Shown: one piece after another, positions 1-12,402 of the stretch
How positions within the stretch are numbered: the stretch's first letter is position 1
Layout of the letters: each line of letters starts with the position of its first letter
Assembly (NCBI GenBank): GCA_001643675.2
Contig: LSRY02000006.1
Location: forward strand, 372,001 to 436,000
From: Monocercomonoides exilis PA203
Taxonomy: Eukaryota; Protista; Preaxostyla
Length of the DNA stretch: 64,000 nucleotides
Direction: 5' to 3'
The notes under the pieces: generated by a model
Seen by the model: only the letters and a program-made list of their open reading frames with translations
Told to the model about the DNA's origin: nothing
Database searches by the model: none
Position numbers and translations under genes: made by a program

Positions 1-1
1 A

Positions 2-3000
2 TTTGCCTCAGAAACGAACACTGACAAAACTACAAAATTAATAAATTGCTTTTTTATGAATTGTTGCTCCACATGTGAAAACAATTTTGATACATATTTT
101 GGAGGAGGAGCACTTTTCATCTCGGTTGATGCATTTCCAATCATATCAGAAGGAATTTTTCAGGAATGCAAAGCAGATCAAATTGGAGGGGGAATATTTA
201 TTCAATATACAAGTTCAAAAGATAATTTTATTAATTCACACACATGTGGTTGCAATGAACGAAAGAATGAAGAAAAGCCTTTTTCTTTCCTCTATTTCTA
301 TCAGAATAGTGTAGTTAAGAAAGATGGTGATGATGATAATCTATCAAATGCTGGTTGCTTGCATTTTCCATTTATATTTCCTAGTGGCAATTTACCAATT
401 CCTTTTGATAAAAATAGTTGTACGTGCTTTTCTTCAGATCAAAAGTTGTGTGAGATTGTTGGTGATGAAAAATCTGAAGTTAAAGAATGGTCTCACATTC
501 CATCTGAAATTTATATTGAAGAGACAAAATCCAAAGTATCTTCTTTTTTTTGTGGTTCTATAAGCCGCCCATGCGAGACTATTCAAGCAGCTTTCGATCT
601 GATTAATACAATTATGGTTCAAGATTGCTCTTTTTTCTTAACAGGATTCTCTAATGAATTGAAAAACTCTGCAAAATTAGAAACTTATCATTTATGCGAC
701 TTGACAAAAAACAAAAAACAAGTCACCAATACAGAGGTGATTGTGACATTGACTTCTCAAGACGATTGCGCATTAGATATTAGCTGCCGAAGTTTCAAAA
801 TGTCACACGTTAAATGGGTTATTAATTGCTCTCTATCATTTTGTCAAAGCCTTTTCCTTATTACAAATACTGATATGTGCATATTTAACAAAATAGAAAT
901 TATACGTGCTGGAGATTCAACAGAGGAGCAATGCATCGATTGCACAATAATGAATGTTAATAGTCCGTCGTTTTGTCTGAACAATTTTTATATTCGAAAT
1001 CAACGGGCACAGTCAATGATCATTTTAAATAATGCTAAGGATTCAAACATTAAAAATTTGAGTATTGAAAAATGTTTTAACGAAAAAATTTTTAATGACG
1101 TTTCACAAGTGAACGATTTTGTACTGGATACAATATCATTGAGAGATGCGTCAATCAAAAATCTTATCAACTTTGAAGGAAATTTAAACTCAAAGATCAC
1201 TTTTGCAATTACAAATTTAAATTTGTCAAATGTGAACTCAAGTTCTGCGCTTATTGAAGTGAAATATTTTGGAGACTTGGTATTTGAAGACTTATTCGTT
1301 TCTCAGACGCATTCACCGCAAATCTTAAATGCAAAAAAATTCTTGAACATGGGCTTTGATTCAAATGTGAGTGCAACTCTTCTGAACTGCCATGTTTCAA
1401 ACTCAACTTTCAATAAGAATGCTTTTTGTTTTTTCAATGTTTATGATTCAAAGCTCACTAATTGTACATTCCAAAATACTAATTCAAGTAGCGAAATAAT
1501 AAAAGGAGAAGGAAGTTATGATAATCAATTTGCTTCTAATTATGATCTTTCAAATATTGTTTTCAAGAATTGCATATCAGAAAAAGCTTTCATTTGCTAT
1601 GACAATTTCATAAAGGTTAATGTTTCAAACATTACGATTTATGGAAATCTTACAGGCATTGGGATTAAGCTATCATCTGCCTCATCGACAAAAGCTGCCT
1701 GCCAAATTGATTCGGTTTTTATGAGATCAGGAATCATTTGTTCAGAATTAGTCTCTGCCTTGTTTTCAGTAAAGTCAATGTCAATATCAAATATTGTACT
1801 CTTGAACTGTATTGTTCGCACTTCTGTTCTGATCAACATAATGGAACAACAGAATTACAATGGAGGATTAACTTTGAAAGATATATTAATACAACAATTA
1901 AAAATTGATAATGACGACATCCATCTGTTCCAGTTTACGCATGGCATAAATCCACTTCAGTTAATGCATATGGAAATATCATTTTACAGAAATGCATTCC
2001 ATCAGCCAATGTTGCTCTCTATAATATTCATTGATGTCAACATATTCGATGTGAAAATCGATTGCGATTTTTCATTTGAAGCATCTCCTTCAAATCAATT
2101 TTTGCAAAATCAAGAGAATGCGACGTCTTTTTCAGCATTTGATCGATTTCAATCGTGCAAATGGGGATCAGGAATAATATCTATTAGGCAATGCACAGCT
2201 GCTCTTGAGCAAGTTTCTGTAAAGGGTGCAATTGAAGGAGCCTTGATTGTCGACTCTGCAACAGTGACAATTATCAATTGTTCTTTCATAAATAATGCTC
2301 CGTATTCTTTGAATTATCCTTCAATTTCTCACAACATAATTTGCAGAAACAATGGTCAGATTTCTTGGAACTTCTTGAGCACTTCTTCAAGAGTCTTTGC
2401 TCCAAATAGTTTCTTCTTAAATTCATCTACAACAAATGTGTCATCTACAGACCCAACCAGTATCGAATTATCGAATTTTCGATTATTATCTTCAAACGAA
2501 CATTTATCATTGCCTTCCTCTCCACTTCATTTTAATTCTACCAAATCCAGCTCCACTTCAAATGATAAAAGGAATTTGGAGAGATTTGGATATCTTGACA
2601 CAAAAGATGAAAATAAATTGAAAATCTTACCAAATAAATTAAATGAAGAATCAAGTTCCATTGAATTGAAAAAAGACTTTCTTCTCAATGAAGGAAATTC
2701 ACTACCGAATTTCTGGATCAGAGACGAAGGTTGTAAATTCACCGGAGATATCAGCACAATTGATAATGTATTGTTTAACCCTAAAATCAACAACATAAAA
2801 TACAACAACAGCAGTTATTCTTATTCATATAACTTCCAAGTTGAGGGTGAATTACTAATTCCATGTAACCTATCTCTTAGATTTTGGGTTGATTCAAGCA
2901 AAATGGACAAGTTTGAGGATATTACTTTTTCTGAGTTTATAAATGAAACAAACGCTTTTGTTGCTATAAATGAGAGCGCAATACCTCCAATTCCGTTAAA

Positions 3001-3763
3001 AAGAAACATTTCATTCGCGCTTGTTGAAGTCTCAGCGTCCAAAGGAATAATTGTGCACGATCCAATTTCTGTTGAATTACAGCTTCACATACACAGCATT
3101 TCGCAGCCTTCTACAGACTGCGATTTTATCTGCACTATTGTGGCATTTCTTGTTGTTGTTTTTGCTAGCCTCATATTATGTATTGCTTGCTACCTTAAAG
3201 TTCGAATTCGGAAAAGAAAAAAACACATGTTGAATGCAGATGACGTTACTATCTACTTTCCGACATTAAATGGAGATGAATTGAATGGAGATAGCTTGCT
3301 GCAAACATTTCAATCAGGACTTTCCTCTTCTATCACTTCAAGAAGTATTTCGCAAAGCGCTTCTAATGATTCCGATTCCTTTCGAAGATTAAATGCTTCA
3401 AATCAACATTCACCTGCGTTGTCCGGTTCACCATCTCTTCTTCGTCATCAAAATTCTGCTGGTCAAATGCCAGTTGAAGCGAATGATAACGAGCCTTCCG
3501 CACAGAGTGGATCTTTGCTCGGTAATTCTTCCTCCTCAACTATTTCACCTCAAGATTTTATAAGTCCTTTAATTGGGAATAAAAATACGCATGAATATTT
3601 ACAATCACTTGAAAAGCACTATTTATCAGTTGTGAAAAAACTTAACCAAAAAGTCCTACAAGAAGACTATGAAGGAAATTCTGTTTTGCCACTTCAACTT
3701 TTTTTGTTATCACCTCAGCAAATTCCAAGTGACTATCAAGCGCCAAATGAAGAAGATTTTTAA
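2..3763 (+). CDS. 5'-truncated type I membrane protein with beta-helix-like (GGA/GGG, Cys-rich) ectodomain; divergent kinase-less relative of the receptors at 24829 and 55213
   Basis: The frame is open from base 2, upstream of the ATG at 56. It has GGGALFI/GGGIFI motifs and a 'CGSISRPCETIQAA' module motif. Membrane-proximal blocks (CKWGSG..GAL.V..F.NN.P...YPS..HNIIC; FWIRDEGC; GELLIPCNLS) align with the 24829 protein. Hydrophobic TM at ~3127-3195, then a Ser-rich tail. Confidence 0.8.
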   Translation, partial: FASETNTDKTTKLINCFFMNCCSTCENNFDTYFGGGALFISVDAFPIISEGIFQECKADQIGGGIFIQYTSSKDNFINSHTCGCNERKNEEKPFSFLYFYQNSVVKKDGDDDNLSNAGCLHFPFIFPSGNLPIPFDKNSCTCFSSDQKLCEIVGDEKSEVKEWSHIPSEIYIEETKSKVSSFFCGSISRPCETIQAAFDLINTIMVQDCSFFLTGFSNELKNSAKLETYHLCDLTKNKKQVTNTEVIVTLTSQDDCALDISCRSFKMSHVKWVINCSLSFCQSLFLITNTDMCIFNKIEIIRAGDSTEEQCIDCTIMNVNSPSFCLNNFYIRNQRAQSMIILNNAKDSNIKNLSIEKCFNEKIFNDVSQVNDFVLDTISLRDASIKNLINFEGNLNSKITFAITNLNLSNVNSSSALIEVKYFGDLVFEDLFVSQTHSPQILNAKKFLNMGFDSNVSATLLNCHVSNSTFNKNAFCFFNVYDSKLTNCTFQNTNSSSEIIKGEGSYDNQFASNYDLSNIVFKNCISEKAFICYDNFIKVNVSNITIYGNLTGIGIKLSSASSTKAACQIDSVFMRSGIICSELVSALFSVKSMSISNIVLLNCIVRTSVLINIMEQQNYNGGLTLKDILIQQLKIDNDDIHLFQFTHGINPLQLMHMEISFYRNAFHQPMLLSIIFIDVNIFDVKIDCDFSFEASPSNQFLQNQENATSFSAFDRFQSCKWGSGIISIRQCTAALEQVSVKGAIEGALIVDSATVTIINCSFINNAPYSLNYPSISHNIICRNNGQISWNFLSTSSRVFAPNSFFLNSSTTNVSSTDPTSIELSNFRLLSSNEHLSLPSSPLHFNSTKSSSTSNDKRNLERFGYLDTKDENKLKILPNKLNEESSSIELKKDFLLNEGNSLPNFWIRDEGCKFTGDISTIDNVLFNPKINNIKYNNSSYSYSYNFQVEGELLIPCNLSLRFWVDSSKMDKFEDITFSEFINETNAFVAINESAIPPIPLKRNISFALVEVSASKGIIVHDPISVELQLHIHSISQPSTDCDFICTIVAFLVVVFASLILCIACYLKVRIRKRKKHMLNADDVTIYFPTLNGDELNGDSLLQTFQSGLSSSITSRSISQSASNDSDSFRRLNASNQHSPALSGSPSLLRHQNSAGQMPVEANDNEPSAQSGSLLGNSSSSTISPQDFISPLIGNKNTHEYLQSLEKHYLSVVKKLNQKVLQEDYEGNSVLPLQLFLLSPQQIPSDYQAPNEEDF

Positions 3764-4537
3764 GTTTCATTCCCATTTCAATGCAGTTTATTATTTATAC
3801 AAAAATTTTTTATGTTATTGATATGTAGTATAATTTTTCACTTTGGCGTATATTGAATGTTCGATTGAAAGAGAGGATATTGATTTTTTCCGATTTATTC
3901 TGTTAATTCAATTTTCGTTTAATAATTTATTTTGAAATTAAGTTTTGCAATTTGCAAAGCACGATATGTATTTTTCATTTTGTTCGCAGCAACAACCAAG
4001 TTAAGCTGGAACTGTTGGAGGTTTTATGTTATTGTCTTTTAATTTTAACAGCACACAATACACTTAATATTTTGGCATGGAGTGGCCATAATAAAAACAT
4101 TTGAATTATGATAATTGCTCGATTGAAAAATAGGACAGGGCAAAACTATGGCGCAAAATTCAAATTCTCATACAAACTCGTTGCAACACGAAGAGCAATC
4201 AAAATAAGCACAGCTGCAAACGTAATTTGCGCCACTTATTATTTCATTTCGAAAAATGTACTCATAAAAGCACATGGGATGGTAAGTGGGGCGTGATAAA
4301 AAAGCGAATGGAAGTGTATGAATGTGAACGAATATGAATGAATGACGGTAAAAACCAGTATGAATGAGGGGCAATTTAAAAAAAAGAATCATAACTTTTG
4401 TTTGTGTGATTGGACATAAATTAAAATGTCGAAGGATTTTAAAAAAAGAGTGAAAAATAAAAATTCATTAAGACTTTTCGCAAAAAGCTAATATTAGAGT
4501 GACAGTGCAATATTATCTGATACATTTAATAAATGGG

Positions 4538-7500
4538 TCAATGTTCTTGAGATTTTGTAGCCATCTCGACAATATTTGTCACTTGCGACATCAAAAAATC
4601 AATAATTCTTCTGAAGGTGGCATCACCTTCACTATCTGTTGTGTTCCAGCCTTGATCGTTCTTTTGAAGAGGCATTTGAGAAATAAATGCAGACAAAGCT
4701 TGGCAAACAGTCTGCTGCAGGCTGCAACCAAATCCGATGAGTTCATTAAGCCTAAAAGAGCGGCGCCTACTTGAATTGGACAGGTTAGCAGCGGCAGGAA
4801 ATGAAGGGCGAGTAGAAGAACTGAAAGCTAATGAAGATAGAGTCTTCAAATTTTTTTGCGAGGACACAGTCTGAGGAGCAGATTTTGAAAATAAAGGTGT
4901 TGAAATTTTTCCTTGCAATGGACCATTAAGATCTGAACAGAAAATGTGCTTTTCAATCCGATCTGCACAGAATTCAGCAACTTGAGTAAGCATCGATTGT
5001 TGATAAGATGAAAGCTTAAACTTATAATTCACAAGCATTGCCAGCTTTGATGAAGGAAAAGTGAAACATGAAGGAGAAAAAGCAGATTGCTGAGACGAAG
5101 AAGGAGTGAAAGAAGGAGGAATGGAAGATATGGCAATTGGAGATGATGAAGATGAAGATGCAAGAGGAGAAGAGGAGAAAGAAGATAAAGGAGAAATACC
5201 TGACAAAGAAAGTGGAGAAAAGGAACCACTAGACGATGGAGAAAGCAAAGGAGAAGGAAGATGATTCATAAAGGAAGAAGAGGAAGCTGGCGAAGAAGCT
5301 GGGCATGATACATTTACAGGTAATGGAGCAGATAGTGAACACGAAGAAAGGGAAAAGTTCGATGACGGTAACAGAGTTTGATTCACAGAAGATGAGAGAT
5401 TGACATCTGCATCTTTTGGGTCATATGGCTGTGCTTTTTGTTGAGTAGGAGCCAAAGGCTGTTTTGCATCAATGTGCAGTTGCATTCCAGAGTTGATACG
5501 CCGGAGCTTTTTCTCTTCTTTCTTTCTCTTTTGTAGATGCCTTGTCTCATTCTTTTTCTGTATTTTCCCCTCTCTTTCTTGTCTCTTCTTGTTTTTTTCC
5601 CTTTTTCGCTTTTCGATCTCTTTCATTCGCTCTTCATCTCTTTTAATTCTCAGAATTCTTTTACTTCGATACTTGGCGCATTTTTCAACAATTTTCGAAT
5701 TCCATTGTTCTGTTTCGTTTTCAATAAAGTCAATCAAATCAGATACACGCCACGCTGTGGCTTTGGCAGACTGGCGTATCTCCACCATTTCTGAGACAGG
5801 CAACAACTGTTGTCCAACTTTATCGTCTTGATGGTTGTTCATCTCTTCCTTTTGTGAAACCAAAGAAGTCGTTTGTAACTTACTGACTCGTATTCTCCTT
5901 TTTGAAGTTGTGATGCGTTTTGTACTTCGACCTTTTGCTTCACCATTCTCACCACTTAAACATCCAAATCTATTTGTGATGCGCTTCAAACATTCACCTT
6001 TAAAAAAGACTTCCTCTTTATTCCTGAACTGACGAAAGCGAATCAACCAAAGCCACTCATCCTTTCCGCTTGCAAAGGATATAATAATCTTTCGCATTTG
6101 ATAGAATGTCGATACAAACTGTGCAACATCTTCGAACATATTGTGATCAATTCCGTCCATCACATCACTTAAAAGCAAAAGTGGAGGCGTCTCCAGCTGA
6201 ATCGGAGGTGGTGGTATAACCACATATTCAGCTTTATCAGATGTGATCAATCGAGGCATCTCTTTAAGTGTTTGCTCAAAAAATGGTAAACTGGAATTCA
6301 GAGATGATGAATTTGTGAGATTTGACTGCTTCGACAATGAGGAACTTGAAGCAGAGGCTTTTGAATCCATAAAAGGTGAAGATACCACCTGAACAGTCGA
6401 AAAACCAGAAGCTTGTGAAAACGAATTTATGCTTTTTTGCTCGATTTTTTTGTTATTCTTGTTTGTTGCACTTTGTTTTTTAGGATCATCCTTCGTTTTT
6501 TTTGCCAACAATCCAGCTGAAGTTGGCGGACTTACACCAAATGAACCAGCATCAACTGACGAATGACATTCATCATTGTCTTTCGAATCGTCAGACTCTG
6601 ACTGGATCAATTGCGGGAGGTCATTGTATTCAAAAGGATGGTGAAATGGATCATTCGGAAACGTTAGATCAGTTAGCATTAGTGATGTTGGAGAAAATAC
6701 GCCAAGTGATGAAAGAAAAGGAGACGAGGTCTGCGATGTTCGGCGAGCCCCGTGCTCCGCATCTGCAAGTCTTTTCACATTAAAAGACCTTTGAATAACC
6801 ATATCTTTCTCTCTATCTGTTTTTTTCTGCTCTTTTCTAAAGTCCTTACTCTTCTCTCCACAACTGCTTAAAGCAGCAAGACGCGTCTCGTATCTACTCA
6901 AGACTGAAGTTGATGAGTTGTGCGATGAACTGTCCTGGCTCTCATTAAGACTTGTAATGTTTTTTGAATTCGAGAGCTTTGCATTGCTCCTCGCAAGATT
7001 GAAATCGGAATTCTCCTCTTCCGATCTGTTACCATAGCTTGTGTTCTGCTCATTTTGCTTATACAAATCTTTCTCAACATCATTTTCAATATCAGCTTTG
7101 TCTGCAGAAATCGTCTGATTCGCAGCAGACTGTGTGAAAGAAGGCTCTCCTGATGGCAACTCTTCACACTGCCATTCACCTTCTTTCACTGCCCCTACAA
7201 CAAATCTTTCCTTGTCTTCTTTCCATCTTAAAAGTTCGATCATTTGCTCATCAAATGTTTTGAACTTAGCCATTTTCATTGCCTTTTGCACTGCTGCCCG
7301 ACATAAAATCCTCAATTCGCGTAAGTATGAACTTTGCTTCACTTTTGACGAGTGCATAAAGAAGGACGAATCAGAGGACACAGACGATGTTGTGGACGCA
7401 GTGTAAAAAGAAGGAGAAGAAGAACTGTTTGACAACCTTGTTGATGTATCAGATGCATCAACAGATTGCAATGAAGAAGAATTGATCGAGTCGCTTTGCT

Positions 7501-10500
7501 CACTTTCATCTCTCTCTTGCTTGTAATCCTTTACCTGCTGCTTCACAGTCTCTCCAGCAGCAGAGTCGCCAATGGCATTCATTTCCTTAGCTTTAATAGC
7601 ATTCACCTTCTCTAATAATCTGCTATACTCCACAAAAGCAGTCTGAACAAGTGACGACAAAATAAAGGAGAAAAAGGAGAGCAGAGAAGAATGACTTGGC
7701 GATGAGAGATGAAAGCTTAATGTTGACGGAGTCAACATAATAGAGTGAGATGGATAATCATTTGTCAACAATGCAGGCGAACCTTCCAATGAGTGAATTG
7801 TTTGAGTGTCTGGCGAAGGTGATGCTGATTTTGATTGATCCATAGGGGGATCACCTTCAGTATTCAAATTGGAAGGGCCAAGAGGGCACTTATATGGAAT
7901 ACGCTTCAAAGCAGTGAGCTGAAGTGTTTGTGCAAAGGGTGATTGAAAGAAAGAAGCTATTTCTGTGGGAAGACACAAAAATGGACTATCAGATGTCAAC
8001 AAAATTACATGGCGAGGAAATGCTTCTGAATTCTGAGATTGCAATGAAGTTTGTAGAACTGAAGGAGAGGACGAATACGGAGATGTAGAAGGAGTGGGAT
8101 TGGGCGTGAAGAATGGAGTTGCGTTAGATGAGGAAGGTGAGGATGCATTAGAAGTATTGACAGACATGCAATCTGATATTTGGCTACTTTGTGACAGTGG
8201 TGTCTCATTCATTAATGGAGACAATGAAGGTGACAATGAAGGAGATGCCGTTGGAAAAGAATTGAAAAATGAAGTCTGCTCAACAGATTCCACGTCACTT
8301 AAATATGATAAAGCTGAAAGAGTGCGTTTGATGACATCGACCAAAATAATTCTGCAAGGATCTGAAAGTCCTTCCCACAACAAATCAATCCGATGAATAA
8401 ACAAAACAGAAGAAGATCGGAATGAAGAAGTTGTGGATGAAGATGAGCTTGTGATGGGTGGTGTATTCAGTGAGAAGCGCAGAACAACACGTGAAAGCGC
8501 TTCTTCGGCTGTCTTCGGCATTTCTGACTGATCAGATGATGAATTAATGGGTGAGGAAAGTAAAGACTGAATGTATGCCATTGATGAAGACGACGAAGGA
8601 GAAGCCGAAGACAAGCTCGGTGATGAAGAAGATCCTTTGCCAGAAGTCTTCTTCTTTGACAGAGAACGAGGTGGAATAACAACAGGAGGAATACCAGACA
8701 AAATCTCTGTAAGTGAAACAGGATGAATGCTGTGTGTTTCATGAAGTTTTGACAAAAAGTATGTTGCTAACTCATCCTGCCCTGAACCAGACTGCCCACA
8801 GAACAAAATCATTGGTGGATGAAATAGAATCGGGTTGGAAAACGTTGTTGGAGGCAATACTGGAGCAGGTGATGCTGGCAAAGGCGGAGACAAATCCGAA
8901 AAAGGTGAGGGGGTTGATTGTGGCGAGGGCTGCATTAAATCAGCCGAAGAAAGTTCATTCGATGAAGACAAATCTGAAACCTGCAACTGCTCAATAAAAT
9001 TTGTTGAAGACACTATTTGATTGGATAAAGCAGCTGACGAAGGTGTGAAGAACGCATCAACTCCCAAATAAAGTTCTTGCAGCAGTATGTTCTGAAGTGC
9101 TTGAGAAGAGAATGGAGAATTGTATTTCTCCATCTCAAATTCTCCATTTCCAGAATTTTCAAACAATTGGACGGACTGACCTTTAGTGCTTATACTACAA
9201 ATAGCGTTATGTTGACTCTCTAATTCTGGTGAATGGTCAGCACTGACAGCCGGATGTGGAAACGATGTGAGGGTTGATAGAGAAGACAATGAAGCTTGAG
9301 TCATTTGTTGATAAAGTGCTGACGAAGAAAGTGAATGAAACGACAAAGAGGACGGTGCAACCCTCAGTATTGAAGGAACAATGTCAGCCATTGCTTCTCT
9401 GAAATCCTCAATCGTTGGTTTAACAAGTGTTGAATCAACAACAAATCCTGCCTTGCCCACTTTCGATGGGCCACATATTCTACCTGATTTACACATTGCT
9501 TTGTTGTATGACTGCTGTTCTGACGTTTCAGATGTGATTTCATCCACCTTTGAGCTCTTCTTTTTTCCTTCCTCTCTTTCTCTCCAGTGATACAAATGTG
9601 GGTGCGTTCGCCTCAGAGTGCGCAGAAGTGTCTCAGCACACAGCGCCTGGAGGTCGGCCCCAGACCATCCCTCAGTCATTCTAGACACTTCTGCTAGCAC
9701 TGACGACGATGAAGGTGATGGTGATGATGGTGACAGTGATGACGCTCTGGATGAATGGAGTGATTTTCCAGATGAAATAAACAATGAAGGTGGTGATGGT
9801 GACGAATGTGGCATTGAAAGAACTTCTTTCGAATTACCAAACAATTTTTGACGATTTTTTCCATAAGCATCGTCTTTGTTACGAATCTCTTCGTTTTTGT
9901 TATTTCCACCAATGGAGCCAGCTCTTTGCTGTGTGCTTATCTTTCCTTTATCAACCGTCTCCCGCTCATCCTCTTCAAATTTCCATCCGCGTGTATGAAT
10001 CTCCAAAATCTCTCTTCTGCCTTGCTCATCAGGAAGCGGGACAACAAACTCTCTATCAAACCTTCCTGGCCTTCGAAGTGCCGGATCGACAGCATCAGGT
10101 CTATTTGTAGCAGCAATCACAAGAACACTTCCTCGATCGCTCAGTCCGTCCATCAGAGACAACAGCGTCGACACTATCGAGGAGTGGATGTGGTCCTGCC
10201 GAGAAGATCGAACCGGCGCCAATCCATCGATCTCATCAAAGAAGATGATGGATGGCGAACAACGCTTGGCTGCCTCAAACAAAAGACGCAGCTGACTTTC
10301 TGTTTCCCCCACCCACTTTGATAGCACATCCGCACCTTTTCGCATGAAAAATGTGATCGGCCTGTTCAACGCCTGTGGCCTGATAAATGTCGAAGAAGAT
10401 GAAGATCCAGCTGTTGCATGCACTTCCCTTTCCAAGTCATGATGATGAAACGAATTTCTGAGTCTTGTGTAGAAATCAACTCTTTCAAAAGCTGGATAGC

Positions 10501-12371
10501 TGTTTTGATGATGATGTCTGTTCGACTTGTTCATAGAAAGTGAACTTTCCACTTCTTCGTATGGTTCTGACAGCGAATGAGTCATCATCTGTGTGTGGGG
10601 GTGCTTAAATGGACGACTTCTTTTATAAACCAATTTTTGCTTTGAACTTTTGTCCTTTCCATCTTCATCTTCGCTGTCCATTTGATCGTTAATGTGACTA
10701 TCATCCAATCCAAATGCCTTTTGACAAGAGGCTGCCAATGCGCGAACAATAAGCGTTTTCCCTGTCCCTGGCGGTCCAGAAAGCAGAACACCTTTTGGTG
10801 GCGAAGACATAGACGATGTGTGCGAATGTGAATGCGAATGACCTTGGTCTTGCCTAAAGAGTCCTGGAAAAAGCAGAGGCAGCACAATCATCTCGTGCAG
10901 TGCAGACACAATTTGTGAAAGACCTCCAACAGAAGAGGAGAATGTGATCGAAGAATCCACGTGAACAGGATGAATGTCTGCCTTTTTCACAGACCGAATA
11001 AAGCGCGATGCTGAAGAAAGCCCTGATGTTGATGTTGACGACTCGACAGACGAAGATCTTGACTCCTCTGAATCTGACGAATGTGAAGTACTCGAAGAGT
11101 GATGGTGGCGGTGCCGATTGTGCCTGCGATGATGTCCTCGCCGATGATGAGAGTTGCTTTCTGAACTTCCGCTTTTCTCTCGCCGGCTGTCTTTCTGGCC
11201 TCGTCTCCTGTTCCTCGCACGCATATTGTGCCTGCTGCCAGAGGCTGAGCTATCTTTATTATGACGACTTTTCCCTTCCCCATCTTCTTCTCCGCCATCG
11301 CTCCCATCTGCGCCACATCCAGCTCTTTTTCGTCGCTTCCTTCGCTTTTGCTCGCGTATCGTATTCCTTTTTCTTTCCCACGCTTTCTCCTCTTGCCTCG
11401 TCCCATTCGGCTTTCCATCAAAATTCTTCTTCTCTCCTTCATCTTTCACTAAACTACTCTCTTCCCTTTTTATTTCTGCCTCTTTTCCATTTCTTTTCTG
11501 TGCCGCCTCTTTTCTTTCTTTCTTCTGAGCTGAAAGCTGATGATGCGAGTGTGCCGGTCTGAGCTGCTCTGAAGTCGAGCACCGCAATGAATAACGGCCT
11601 TTCTGCACGGACTGACCAGCTGCGGTGTAGACATCGTTGGCATACTCAAAGGCCTTCTTTCCATTTTGGCCTTCTTCGCTTTCTTTCCCAGCTTCACCTC
11701 TGTTTTCTCCTCTTTCGCTCATCTCTTCTCCTTCCTCGAGCTCAAATCTTTTCTCTTTGTCTGATATTTTATCTTCAATTTCTGACACAACCTGCGTTTG
11801 TGAGTCTGAGTCGTCATTCTGAATACTGAATTTCCTTTTTCTCATGCTGTTACAAAGCAGAGATTTCCTTCGAGACAATTCAATTTCTCGATGCAGTCTT
11901 CCAAACTGCTTATCCACTTCTCCTTCATCGCTTTCATCTCCTTCATTTTCTTTGTACATCTCCATCTGTCTCTCAAATTCAATGACACTACTTTTTTTCC
12001 TCTTAGCAGGCATTGCTGCTGTTCGAGTCTTCGACGAGTCTTTCGTCCAGCCAGACAGCCGAAATGTTTCTCTCTCCAATTTCGCCAGTCTTCTTCTCGT
12101 TTTACTCATCGGCTTCCCACTTGAAGACAAAGGCGAAGACGGCTGGGTGGACGACTCTGAAGACGAGAGAAACGACAGAAACGAAGATGTGCTTGAAGTA
12201 TCGGAAAAAGTGGAAGACGATGATGAAGATGAAGAAGAAAAGGAGGAAGAGGAGGAAGAAGAAGATGAAGAGGAAGAGGAAGAGGAAGAAGAAGAAGAAG
12301 AAGAGGAAGAGGAAGAAGAAGAAGAAGAAGAGGAAGAGGAAGAAGAAGAAGAGGAGGAGGAAGAGGAGGAA

Positions 12372-12402
<31 letters not shown>

